This document shows positions 26,054 through 34,469 of a DNA stretch of 64,000 nt, piece after piece; the first letter of the stretch is position 1, and each line of letters begins with the position of its first letter. Source of the DNA: an uncultured Enterobacteriaceae bacterium. GTDB taxonomy: Bacteria; Pseudomonadota; Gammaproteobacteria; Burkholderiales; SG8-39. The notes below the pieces were generated by a model. It was not told the origin of the DNA. It made no database searches and was given only the letters and a program-made list of their open reading frames with translations. Both the position numbers and the translations under genes were made by a program. Location: the NCBI GenBank assembly GCA_964552535.1, contig CAZKHE010000002.1, positions 10,711 to 74,710 of the forward strand, in the 5' to 3' direction.

Positions 26054-26146
26054 CCTCGCCACGGGGTCGCGTCGTGCCAAATGCCGCGGTGGCCCGCCGC
26101 CGCCTCGGCTAGAGTCCGGTTCACTCGACCTGCGGACGGGCGCGCG

Positions 26147-26440
26147 ATGGAAGTGCTGCTCATCACCCTGCTGTTGGCGGTCCTCCCGATCCTGCCCTGG
26201 GTGGCGGGCTTCTGGATCGTGCGCCACGGGCCGTGGCCCAATCGCTTCTGGGCGGGGGAGACCGTCGCCGGCTTCACGGCCACCGTCGCCATGGCGGCGT
26301 GCGTCGTCGGCTTCCTGATCGGGGGCCTGTATCTCGGTCAGTTCGGCCCGCCGCTCGGCGTCGGGGCGGCGCTGCCGATCGGCCTGGCGGTGGGCGTCCC
26401 GTGGGCGCTCCAGCGCGCACGCCGGCGCACCGAGGCGTAG
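26147..26440 (+). CDS. Small three-TM hypothetical protein
   Basis: MEVLLITLLL...; hydrophobic helices. Confidence 0.6.
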   Translation: MEVLLITLLLAVLPILPWVAGFWIVRHGPWPNRFWAGETVAGFTATVAMAACVVGFLIGGLYLGQFGPPLGVGAALPIGLAVGVPWALQRARRRTEA

Positions 26441-26450
26441 CGGCGCCGCG

Positions 26451-27185
26451 ATGATCGAGTGGCTCGCCGTGCTCGGCATCGGCGTGGCGGCGGGCACGCT
26501 CGGCGGCGTGGTGGGCTTCGGCTCGTCGGTCATCATGGTGCCGATCCTCGCCTTCGTGTTCGGCCCGAAGGCGGCGATCCCGATCATGGCGATCGCGAGC
26601 CTGATGGCGAACCTCTCGCGCGTGGCGATCTGGTGGCGCACCGTGGACTGGCGTGCGGTCGCGGCGTATTCGGTCACCGCGATCCCCGCTGCGGCGCTCG
26701 GCGCCCGCACGCTGCTCGCGCTCGATGCAGGCGTCGTCGAGCTCGCGCTCGGCGTGTTCCTCGTCGCAACGGTGCCCGCGCGGCGGGTGCTCGGACGCCG
26801 CGGCTTCCGGGTCACGCGTCCGCAGCTTGCCATCGTCGGCGCCGTGATCGGCTTTCTCACCGGCATCGTCGCCTCCACCGGCCCGGTCAACGCGCCGTTC
26901 TTCCTCGCCTACGGCCTGGTGAAGGGGGCGTATCTCTCGACCGAGGCGATGTCGTCGGCGTTCGTGTATCTCACCAAGTCCGCGGTGTTCCTCGAGGGCG
27001 GTGCGCTGCCGACCGAGACGCTCGTGCGCGGACTCATCGTCGGCAGCGCGCTCATGCTCGGCTCGTGGCTCGCCAAGCGGCTGGTCGAGCGCATGAGCCC
27101 GGGCGACTTCCGTTTCGTGATGGACGTGCTGCTGCTCGTCGCCGGCACGTGGATGATCGTGCAGGGGCTCGGCGAGCACGCGTGA
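26451..27185 (+). CDS. TauE/SafE sulfite-exporter-family protein
   Basis: AGTLGGVVGFGSS, GFLTGIVASTGP. Confidence 0.88.
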   Translation: MIEWLAVLGIGVAAGTLGGVVGFGSSVIMVPILAFVFGPKAAIPIMAIASLMANLSRVAIWWRTVDWRAVAAYSVTAIPAAALGARTLLALDAGVVELALGVFLVATVPARRVLGRRGFRVTRPQLAIVGAVIGFLTGIVASTGPVNAPFFLAYGLVKGAYLSTEAMSSAFVYLTKSAVFLEGGALPTETLVRGLIVGSALMLGSWLAKRLVERMSPGDFRFVMDVLLLVAGTWMIVQGLGEHA

Positions 27186-27195
27186 CCGTGCGTGG

Positions 27196-28977
27196 TCAGG
27201 GCTGCAGCATCGACCGCGCCGGCTCCTCCTGCAGCGCCCGCGCGATCGCCTCGTGGTGGGGCGTCCCGGCTCGCAGCGCCTTCTCCAGGTTCTGCGCGTA
27301 CTTCTCCATGCGCTTGGGCGGCAGCAGCGGCTCGTTCGGGTCGATGACGGCTTCCACCAGCGCGGGCCCGTTCTCGGCGAGCGCCACGTCGAGGATCGCG
27401 CCGCACTGGTCGGGCCGGTCGATGCGGAAGCCGCGGATGCCGAACGCCTCGGCGGCCTTAACGAAGTCGATCGGCTGCAGCGCGCACTCGGTCTCGGGAT
27501 GACCGAGGAACATCATCTGTTCCCACTTGATCTGCGCGAGGGAGTCGTTGCGCACCACGACGATCCGGATCGGCAGCCGGTACTTCGCCACGGTCGCCAG
27601 CTCGCCGAGGAGCATCGCGAGGCCGCCGTCGCCCGTGAACGCCACCACCTGGCGCTGCGGAAACGCGAGCTGCGCCGCGATGGCATAGGGCACCGAGCAG
27701 GCCATGGAAGCCATCAGCCCCGAGCCGGCGTACATCTGCCCTTCGCGCGCGTCGCAGTAGCGGGCGAGGAGGCCGGTGTTGTGGCCGGAGTCCCACGCGA
27801 CGATCGCGTCCGGCGCGAGGCGGTCGCCGAGATCGCGCGCAATGCGGCCGGGCTTCATCAGCCCGCCCGGCCGTTCGACCGACTCGCGCAGCAGCCGGCG
27901 CCATGCGACCGTCTCGCGCTGCGCCTGCTCGAGGAAGCCGCGGTCGTCCTTGCGCACCAGCCGCTGGCTGAGCGCCGCGAGCGTCGCGCGTGCGTCGCCC
28001 GCGAGTCCGACCTCGACCGGAAAGCGCAGTCCGATGCGCGTCGCGTCGCGGTCGATCTGCACACCGGCGGCCTGTCCCGGCTTCGGGTAGTACTCGATGT
28101 ACGGAAACGTCGAGCCGACGATGAGCAGCGCATCGCACTGCTCCATCGCCTCCTGCGAGGGCCGCGTGCCGAGCAGGCCGATGCCGCCGGTCGTGAGGGG
28201 ATGGTCGTCCGCCACGAGTGCCTTGCCGAGCAGCGCCTTCACGATCGGCGCACCGAGGCGTTCCGCGATGTCCAGCAGTTCCGCGCGTGCGCCGAGGGCG
28301 CCCTGTCCGGCGAGGATCGTCACGCGCTGCGCGCGATTGAGCACGTCGGCGGCGGCGTCGAGATCCGCTTCGGGCGGCACGCGCAGCGCGTCGGCCTGCG
28401 CGAGCGAGGCGTGATGCGCGACGTTGCGCGGCGAGCGCTTCGCCGCCTCGAGCGCCTGCTCCTGCACGTCCACGGGCAGGGCGACATGGCCCACCCCGCG
28501 ACGCGTGAGCGCCGTGCGGCAGGCGAGTGCCACCGTGTTCTCGACGTGCGCGGCGCTCATCACGCGCGCCGTGTAGGCGGCCACGTCGGCGAAGAGCCGC
28601 GTGTGGTCCACGTCCTGCTGGGTGAACGTGTTGTCGAGGTCGTGGTAGGGGAGACCGGTGACGGCGATCACCGGGGCGTGATCGAACTTCGCGTCGTAGA
28701 GGCCGTTGAGCAGGTGCACGCCCCCCGGACCGGTGGTGGCGAGACAGCAGCCGAGCCGTCCCGTCCACTTGGCGTGCGCGCAAGCCATGAACGCGGCCGA
28801 CTCCTCGTGGCGCACCTGCACGAAGCGCACGCGGTCGGCCCGCGTGCGGATCGCTTCCATGATGCCGTTGATGCCGTCGCCCGGCATCCCGAAGATCGTG
28901 TCCACGCCCCATTCGAGCAGCGTGTCGATCAGCACGTCCGCACCGTTGCGCGGTGCCTCGCTGTTCGCCGCGTTCAT
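27196..28977 (-). CDS. ThDP-dependent pyruvate oxidase/dehydrogenase (PoxB-like)
   Basis: FGMPGDGING, QVRHEESAAF, ATTGPGGVHLLNGLYDA, TGDGGLAM...N ThDP motif; ATG 28977 inside track ORF 27196..29913. Confidence 0.92.
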   Translation of the reverse strand: MNAANSEAPRNGADVLIDTLLEWGVDTIFGMPGDGINGIMEAIRTRADRVRFVQVRHEESAAFMACAHAKWTGRLGCCLATTGPGGVHLLNGLYDAKFDHAPVIAVTGLPYHDLDNTFTQQDVDHTRLFADVAAYTARVMSAAHVENTVALACRTALTRRGVGHVALPVDVQEQALEAAKRSPRNVAHHASLAQADALRVPPEADLDAAADVLNRAQRVTILAGQGALGARAELLDIAERLGAPIVKALLGKALVADDHPLTTGGIGLLGTRPSQEAMEQCDALLIVGSTFPYIEYYPKPGQAAGVQIDRDATRIGLRFPVEVGLAGDARATLAALSQRLVRKDDRGFLEQAQRETVAWRRLLRESVERPGGLMKPGRIARDLGDRLAPDAIVAWDSGHNTGLLARYCDAREGQMYAGSGLMASMACSVPYAIAAQLAFPQRQVVAFTGDGGLAMLLGELATVAKYRLPIRIVVVRNDSLAQIKWEQMMFLGHPETECALQPIDFVKAAEAFGIRGFRIDRPDQCGAILDVALAENGPALVEAVIDPNEPLLPPKRMEKYAQNLEKALRAGTPHHEAIARALQEEPARSMLQP

Positions 28978-28982
28978 CGGCG

Positions 28983-30197
28983 TCAGGCGGCCGGCATCAG
29001 CTCGACCTTGACCCAGCCGGGCTCGCGCCGGTCGAAGGCCTCGTAGGCGCCGATCACTTCGGAGAGCGGTTCGATCTCGGTCAGCACCTCGGTCGGGTCG
29101 ATCGCGCCGCTGCGCACGAGCTCGATGAGATGCGGGACGTAGCGCCGATGGTTGCAGTTGCCCATCTTGATGGTGATGTTCTTGTTCATCGCCTCGCCGA
29201 GGGGAAAGCTGTCCATCGACGGCGGATACACGCCGATGATCGAGAGCGTCCCGGCCTTCGCCAGCGCCTGCACCGCCCACTGCAGCGCCTGGCTCGGCGC
29301 GTCGCCGGGCTGCCACTGGCCGTCGTGCGGATGCTGCTCGGGCGCGACTTTCTGCACCTCCGCTTCGAACGTCTTCTGCTGCTGCACCGCCTTCTCGGCT
29401 GCCGGGCCGGCGTGCGCATGCTCGGCATCCACGCCCACCGCATCGATCACCCGGTCCACGCCGATGCCGCCCGTCATCGCGAGGATCGTCTCGACCGGAT
29501 CCTCGCGATCGAAATTGACGCACTCGGCGCCCTGACGGCGCGCCATGGCCAGCCGGTCGTCCCGATGGTCCACGGCAATGACGCGGCCCGCTCCGAGCAT
29601 CCGCGCCGAGGCGATCGCGAACTGTCCGACGGGCCCGCAGCCGAATACCGCGACGGTGCGGCCTTCCTCGATGTCGGCCAGCTCGGCGCCGAACCAGCCG
29701 GTGGGAAAGATGTCGGAGAGCAGGATCGCCTGGTCGTCGTTCACCTCGTCGGGCAGCTTCACCATGTTCACGTGGGCGTAGGGGATGCGGGCCTTCTCCG
29801 CCTGCAGCCCGTTGAACGGCCCGCTGGGGCCGGGTCCGCCGAAGAACGCGGTGCCCGCGCGCTTGCCCTGCGGGTTGGCGGTGTCGCACTGGGAGAAGTA
29901 GCCGGATCGGCAATAGCTGCAGAAGCCGCAGGCAATGGTGGACGTGACGACCACCCGATCGCCCACGTCGAAGTTGCGCACCATCGGGCCGAGCTGCTCC
30001 ACCACGCCGACCGCTTCGTGGCCGAGGATCGTTCCGGCCTCCATGCCAGGAAAGGTGCCGCGGATCATGTGCAGATCCGTCCCGCAGATGGCCGAGGCGG
30101 TGATGCGGATGACCGCGTCGGTGGGCTGCTCGACCTTCGGTTCGGGGACGTCGTCGAGCCGGATGTCGCCGATGCCGTGGAAGACGACTGCTTTCAT
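28983..30197 (-). CDS. Zn-dependent alcohol/formaldehyde dehydrogenase (MDR family)
   Basis: MKAVVFHG, ICGTDLH, GHEAVG, ACGFCSYCRSGYFSQC, LSDIFPTGW. Confidence 0.92.
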   Translation of the reverse strand: MKAVVFHGIGDIRLDDVPEPKVEQPTDAVIRITASAICGTDLHMIRGTFPGMEAGTILGHEAVGVVEQLGPMVRNFDVGDRVVVTSTIACGFCSYCRSGYFSQCDTANPQGKRAGTAFFGGPGPSGPFNGLQAEKARIPYAHVNMVKLPDEVNDDQAILLSDIFPTGWFGAELADIEEGRTVAVFGCGPVGQFAIASARMLGAGRVIAVDHRDDRLAMARRQGAECVNFDREDPVETILAMTGGIGVDRVIDAVGVDAEHAHAGPAAEKAVQQQKTFEAEVQKVAPEQHPHDGQWQPGDAPSQALQWAVQALAKAGTLSIIGVYPPSMDSFPLGEAMNKNITIKMGNCNHRRYVPHLIELVRSGAIDPTEVLTEIEPLSEVIGAYEAFDRREPGWVKVELMPAA

Positions 30198-30262
30198 GAG
30201 AGGTGCTCCGCTGCGAGAGGGCGATCCGTCCCGCGCTCGCAGGGATCGTGCCGGCGTGGCGT

Positions 30263-30913
30263 CTACTGCGCGGCCTCTGCCTTGGGACCCGGCGCGTACT
30301 GGTCCACCGCTTCGGCCATCTCGGTCAGCGTGCGCTCCATCGACTTCGCCCCGTAGGGATAGAACGCCGACTTGTCTCCTGCGTCCCACTGCTTCCGGAG
30401 CTCGGGGCGGCCGAGGTCCCAGTCGGCCCGCATCTCTTGTGTGAGACCGCGGAGGCGCTCGTGCAGCTCCCCCGTGGAAGGCCGTCCCCAGTAGTAGTAG
30501 CCGTTCCACACGCTGTGGATGCGCAACTTCGGGGCGAGCAGGACCGTGTGCGGCACCATCGGCTCGTGCGACGGATCGGTGTACTCCAGGATGTCCAGCT
30601 CGTCGCGCACCACGTGCGCCTCGTCGTACAGGAAGGTGTAGCTCGCGCCGAGCTGCTGGCGCAGGTTGTTAGTGGTGTGCCAGTCGTCGCTGGTGATCAC
30701 GACGAGGTGGCAGCTTCCGACGACGAGCTGCGGATGGAATGCCGTCAGTTCCTTCAGCTGCTGGCGGTCCTTCGGACAGAAGAAGCCGCGGATGAGGACG
30801 ACGAGCATCGGATCGGCCGTCCCCTGCAGCGCGGACAGGCGGCGCAGCGTCTGCGTGTGGTCGGGCAGCTCGAAGTCCGGGAAAGTCTCACCGGGTTTGA
30901 TGTCGGGTCGCAT
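30263..30913 (-). CDS. Redoxin-domain protein (single Cys, RGFFCPKD)
   Basis: PGETFPDFELPDHT, VLIRGFFCPKD, YYYWGRPS; ATG 30913. Confidence 0.8.
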   Translation of the reverse strand: MRPDIKPGETFPDFELPDHTQTLRRLSALQGTADPMLVVLIRGFFCPKDRQQLKELTAFHPQLVVGSCHLVVITSDDWHTTNNLRQQLGASYTFLYDEAHVVRDELDILEYTDPSHEPMVPHTVLLAPKLRIHSVWNGYYYWGRPSTGELHERLRGLTQEMRADWDLGRPELRKQWDAGDKSAFYPYGAKSMERTLTEMAEAVDQYAPGPKAEAAQ

Positions 30914-31118
30914 GGGCGGCAGGCCGGCGCGCCGGCGGGAAGGGGGTGCGCGATGGCAAGCAACCGACATGCCGCGGCCGTCGCTCGGCGATCCGGGAGC
31001 GCTGCGTTCGGCCATCAGGCTATGATCGCGGCCGCACTTCCTTCCCTCATCGGAGCAGATACGCCGTGCAACGACCGCAGCATGAATGGCCCGACGGCCT
31101 CTCCGTCGGGGCGACACG

Positions 31119-31841
31119 GTGACGCCCGCGCCGGCCCTGGCGCAGCTCGCGCCGCACGGCGTGCTGCGCGCCGGGATGAACCTCACCAACACGCTCTTCG
31201 CCCAGCAGGATGCCGCCAGCGGCGAACTGCGCGGGGTGGGCGTGGACCTGATGCGCGAGCTCGCCGCGCGACTCGGCGTGCCGCTCGAGCTCGTCGTGCA
31301 CGCCACGCCGGGCGAGGTCGCGGATGCGGCGAGCGCGGATACCTGGGACGCGGCCATCCTCGCGATCGAGCCGGCGCGCGCGCAGGCCATCGCGTTCTCG
31401 CCGCCGCTCAGCGAGATCGAGGCGACCTATGCGGTGCGCCGCGACTCGCCCTGGCGCGACGCGGCCGGGATCGATGCGCCCGGCGTGCGGATCGCCGCGG
31501 CGGCCAAGGCCGGGTACGAGCTGTACCTCACGCGCACGCTGCGCCACGCGACGCTGCTGCGCACGCCGGGCATCCCCGCCTCGATCGAGCTGTTCGAGGC
31601 CGGTAGGGTCGACGCGGTGGCGGCGCTGCGCCCGATGCTGCTCGAGCTCATCGCCCGCATGCCCGATGCACGGCTCGTGGAGGGTAACTTCATGTTGATC
31701 AATCACGGCATCGGGACGCCGCGAGGGCGGACGGCCGCCGCGGCCTACCTCGACGACTTCGTGCGCGACCTGAACGTCAGCGGGTTCGTCGCCGCCGCGA
31801 TTGCGCGGCACGGGGTGAAGGGGCTGACGGCGGTGAGGTGA
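31119..31841 (+). CDS. Family-3 solute-binding-like protein without signal peptide
   Basis: LAPHGVLRAGMNLTN, GVGVDLMRELAARLG, YELYLTRTL; start GTG 31119 (or 31086). Confidence 0.8.
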   Translation: MTPAPALAQLAPHGVLRAGMNLTNTLFAQQDAASGELRGVGVDLMRELAARLGVPLELVVHATPGEVADAASADTWDAAILAIEPARAQAIAFSPPLSEIEATYAVRRDSPWRDAAGIDAPGVRIAAAAKAGYELYLTRTLRHATLLRTPGIPASIELFEAGRVDAVAALRPMLLELIARMPDARLVEGNFMLINHGIGTPRGRTAAAAYLDDFVRDLNVSGFVAAAIARHGVKGLTAVR

Positions 31842-31852
31842 CGCAGGGCACG

Positions 31853-31921
31853 ATGCGGGCCTTCAACGACGAGCAGTGGATCGGCGCACGGGTGCCCCCG
31901 GGCACGCCGCAGGAGATCCTC
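31853..31921 (+). pseudogene. Relic of a Bug/TctC C-terminal segment
   Basis: MRAFNDEQWIGARVPPGTPQEIL resembles WxGxxxPxxTPxxV(I) in the intact Bug genes at 38913 and 58894. Confidence 0.5.
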
Positions 31922-31970
31922 AGTCCGGATGGCCGAGGACATGCGCGTCGCGCCCCCCGAGGGCCCGCCC

Positions 31971-32141
31971 TCAGGCCGCGCGCGACGCCTTGAGGATCGC
32001 GCGCTTCACCCGCGGGTACGTGCCGCAGCGGCAGAGATCGGTGATGCGCTCGTCGATGTCGGGCTGGCCCGCCGCCATCAGCATCCCGCTCTGGCAGTAG
32101 CCGCACTGCGACACCTGCTCCTCGATCCACGCCTGCTGCAG
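31971..32141 (-). pseudogene. Relic of a [2Fe-2S] small subunit (IorA/CoxS/XdhA family), C-terminal half with internal deletion
   Basis: LQQAWIEEQVSQCGYCQSGMLMAA-GQP-DIDERITDLCRCGTYPRVKRAI*; no start codon and no N-terminal ferredoxin domain. Confidence 0.8.
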
Positions 32142-32185
32142 CCGCGCCTCGGGCGTCGCGGCGTCTCGAGGCGGCCGACGCGCGC

Positions 32186-32491
32186 CACGAGCTCGAGCCC
32201 CTGTTCGAGGAGCGGCACCTGTGCCTGTTCAATCCGAAGCTGGTCGGACGGCATGCGGTGCTCAAGCTGGAGGACTACCTGCGCTACCCGCATGTGCTGC
32301 TCGCGCACGCCGGCGACCTGTCCGGCGTGGTCGACAGGACGCTCGAGCAGAAGAAGCGCCGGCGACGGGTCCTCGCGACGACGCCGTATGCGGTGTCGCT
32401 GAAGTGGTACGCGCGCAGCCGCGGCGATGCCGGGCTGCTGTGGATGCGCGAACTGTTGAAGCGCCTGGCGCCGGAACGCGCCGCGAGCTAG
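32186..32491 (+). pseudogene. Relic of a LysR substrate-binding domain (NodD/LeuO-like) with internal deletion
   Basis: EPLFEERHLCLFNP...LEDYLRYPHVLL..GDLSGVVD...RRVLATTP|YAVSLKWYARS...WMRELL*; no HTH. Confidence 0.7.
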
Positions 32492-32501
32492 CGGCGCGGC
32501 A

Positions 32502-33008
32502 TCACCGCTTCCGGCGCAGCAGCGTGCCCGGCGACTTCGCCTCCGTCTCCAGCCACTCGATCGCGGTGGCGATGCGGCGTGCTCGCGTCGCCGCGGTCTT
32601 CGCGCCGGCCACCAGGTAGGCGAGCGCGCGCTGCTTGCCCGCGGTGAGGCCTTGCCATGCTTTGCTCGCCGTTCGATGCGCGGCGAGCGCTTGTGCGAGG
32701 TCGGCCGGCACGTCGACCGCATCCGGATCGTCGAGGCTGAAGCGAACGGCCACGCGGTCGCCGAGGTGCAGGCCCGCCTCACGGCAGAGCCGCGGCGACA
32801 CCATTGCGTAACGCCGGCCGCCGGGCGCGGGTTGCCACGCCGCGCGCACGGGGTGATCGGCGATCTCTCCGACGAAGCGCAGCCGCGGATTGCGCTCGAA
32901 CGGCAGTCGGGCCGCCAGCCGCGGCGTCATGAAGATGACGCGATAGGTGTAGCGGCCGAGGTTGTGCGTCTCCAGCACGCCCTCGAACTCGTGCTCGAAT
33001 GCGCTCAT
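32502..33008 (-). CDS. DUF1905 + YdeI/OmpD-associated domain protein
   Basis: FEGVLE, LRFVGEIAD, VDVPADLAQAL, WQGLTAGKQR, TRARR. Confidence 0.85.
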   Translation of the reverse strand: MSAFEHEFEGVLETHNLGRYTYRVIFMTPRLAARLPFERNPRLRFVGEIADHPVRAAWQPAPGGRRYAMVSPRLCREAGLHLGDRVAVRFSLDDPDAVDVPADLAQALAAHRTASKAWQGLTAGKQRALAYLVAGAKTAATRARRIATAIEWLETEAKSPGTLLRRKR

Positions 33009-33092
33009 GGACTCCGTTGGTGGTTGCCCGCGGGGAGCGTTCGCCGCAGCCGGGCTTGCTAGACTCACCGGGTTCTCATCCTTCCGGCCATC

Positions 33093-33374
33093 ATGCCCGA
33101 GCCTTTCCTGGGCGACATGGTGATCGTCGAGCGCGGCCTCACGTTCACCGAAGCGCATATCGCGTGCTCGTGCCTGCGCGCCGCCGGCATTCCCGCGCAG
33201 GTCGGCGACGTGCACATCGTGCAGACCGACCCGCTGCTGTCCATCGCCGTGGGCGGAGCGTGCATCCGCGTGCCCGAGGCACGCGTCGCGGCCGCGCGCC
33301 AGGTGCTCGACGCGTACGCGCGCGGCGAGTACGACCTGGGCGAGGGGTTCGACCCCGGCGCCGGGCCCCGATAG
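33093..33374 (+). CDS. DUF2007 putative signal-transducing protein
   Basis: EAHIACSCLRAAGIPA, GGACIRVPE. Confidence 0.8.
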   Translation: MPEPFLGDMVIVERGLTFTEAHIACSCLRAAGIPAQVGDVHIVQTDPLLSIAVGGACIRVPEARVAAARQVLDAYARGEYDLGEGFDPGAGPR

Positions 33375-33390
33375 GCGGGGGAACGCCGCT

Positions 33391-33412
33391 CAGCCCCGGT
33401 TTTGGGGCTGTT
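33391..33412 (+). terminator. Hairpin after the DUF2007 gene
   Basis: cagcccc-ggtttt-ggggctg followed by tt. Confidence 0.4.
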
Positions 33413-33520
33413 CGTTCAGCCAAACTGAACGATCCTTTCTTTCCAGCCCCGTTTTTCTCTTCCCGCCGAGCAGCCACACTGCAGGCCATGGAGTCGCCAA
33501 ACACGGAAGTGCGGCTCCGG
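33413..33520 (+). promoter_or_regulatory. LysR-type activated promoter for P3 (CGTTCAG-N5-CTGAACG; candidate -10 CACACT)
   Basis: Colinear copy of 18785-18892. Confidence 0.7.
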
Positions 33521-33555
33521 ACCCTACAGTCAACTTCGTCAGGAAAGGAAACGCC

Positions 33556-33864
33556 ATGATCCGCAAGACCCTCGGCCTCACCGCCATCGCCCTCGCGCTC
33601 TCCGCCAACGCCGCCCTCGCGGCCACCGACTACAACCTCGGCACTGGCGGCGTCCCGCCCCAGGTGAACGAAGACTTCTACGCCCGCGGCACCGGCGGCG
33701 TCTCGCCCAACGCCTACGACGACTACGCCCGCGGCACGGGCGGCGTCTCCCCGAACGCCTACGACGACTTCGCCCGCGGCACCGGCGGCGTCCCGCCCCA
33801 GGTGAACGACGACTTCTACGCCCGCGGCACCGGCGGCGTGGCGCCGCAGGCGACCGCGGAGTAA
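33556..33864 (+). CDS. Secreted TGGV-repeat protein P3 (102 aa, 5 repeats)
   Basis: SD AGGAAAGGA; signal AALA-A; repeats DDYARGTGGVSPNAY. Confidence 0.9.
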   Translation: MIRKTLGLTAIALALSANAALAATDYNLGTGGVPPQVNEDFYARGTGGVSPNAYDDYARGTGGVSPNAYDDFARGTGGVPPQVNDDFYARGTGGVAPQATAE

Positions 33865-33867
33865 CGC

Positions 33868-33897
33868 GGCTTCGCGTGGAGATCCGCTTCGGTTACA
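33868..33897 (-). promoter_or_regulatory. ECF-type promoter TGTAACC-N16-CGAAGCC facing antisense into P3
   Basis: Boxes and spacing identical to 5570-5541. Confidence 0.6.
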
Positions 33898-33928
33898 GCA
33901 CGGCGAGAAAACATTCTTCCGCCCGACC

Positions 33929-33977
33929 TGAAACCGAAGCGCCGCATGCCAACGTACTAACGGTCAGATCGCGGCGA
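33929..33977 (+). promoter_or_regulatory. ECF-type promoter TGAAACC-N17-CGTACT plus conserved leader for P4
   Basis: 33953-33977 matches 5635-5659 at 24/25 nt. Confidence 0.65.
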
Positions 33978-34036
33978 TCACGCAAACAGCGAAGCGCCGA
34001 GCGGTCCCGCCCGACACCATTCAAGGAGACTCGATC

Positions 34037-34354
34037 ATGAAACTGAAGACCATCGCTTCCAGCCTCGCCCTCGCGGCGTCCCTCGTGTCCGTCAACGCCA
34101 TCGCGGCCGACGACTGGCACCGTTCGACCGGCGGCGTGCCGCCCCAGGCGTATGACGACTTTGCCCGCGGCACGGGCGGCGTGACGCCGAACGCGTACGA
34201 CGACTTCGCGCGCGGCACGGGCGGCGTCTCGCCCAACGCGATCGACGACTCGTTCTACGCGCGCGGCACCGGCGGCACCTCGCCCCAGGCCGTGAGCGAC
34301 GAGTTCTACGCGCGCGGGACCGGCGGCGTGGCGCCCCAGTCGCACGCCGAGTAA
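34037..34354 (+). CDS. Secreted TGGV-repeat protein P4 (105 aa, 5 repeats)
   Basis: SD AAGGAG; signal NAIA-A; signal peptide most similar to that of P1. Confidence 0.9.
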   Translation: MKLKTIASSLALAASLVSVNAIAADDWHRSTGGVPPQAYDDFARGTGGVTPNAYDDFARGTGGVSPNAIDDSFYARGTGGTSPQAVSDEFYARGTGGVAPQSHAE

Positions 34355-34371
34355 GCACCACCCATCACGAC

Positions 34372-34407
34372 GCGACGCGCCGTCCGGGCTGCCGGGCGGC
34401 GCGTCGC
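34372..34407 (+). terminator. 16-bp GC hairpin after P4
   Basis: gcgacgcgccgtccgg-gctg-ccgggcggcgcgtcgc (one G-U pair); no U tract. Confidence 0.5.
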
Positions 34408-34469
34408 TGCGCGCGCTGCAAAGGCGTGGGAGGTATCCTCCGCCCTCTCGAGCTCCTTCAAGCCTGCGC

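Noticed and set aside
27196-29913. 905-aa ORF as a dehydrogenase-oxidase fusion; likewise 55615..58740 (1041 aa)
   Set aside because: Only the 3' portion is recognisable (ATG 28977 and ATG 56280); the upstream parts are off-frame overlaps of neighbouring genes
5722-34354. TGGV repeats read as graspetide, RTX, curli or RaxX-type sequences
   Set aside because: No ATP-grasp ligase, no GGxGxD nonapeptide, no QxGxxN curli motif and no sulfotransferase in the window; the motifs do not match
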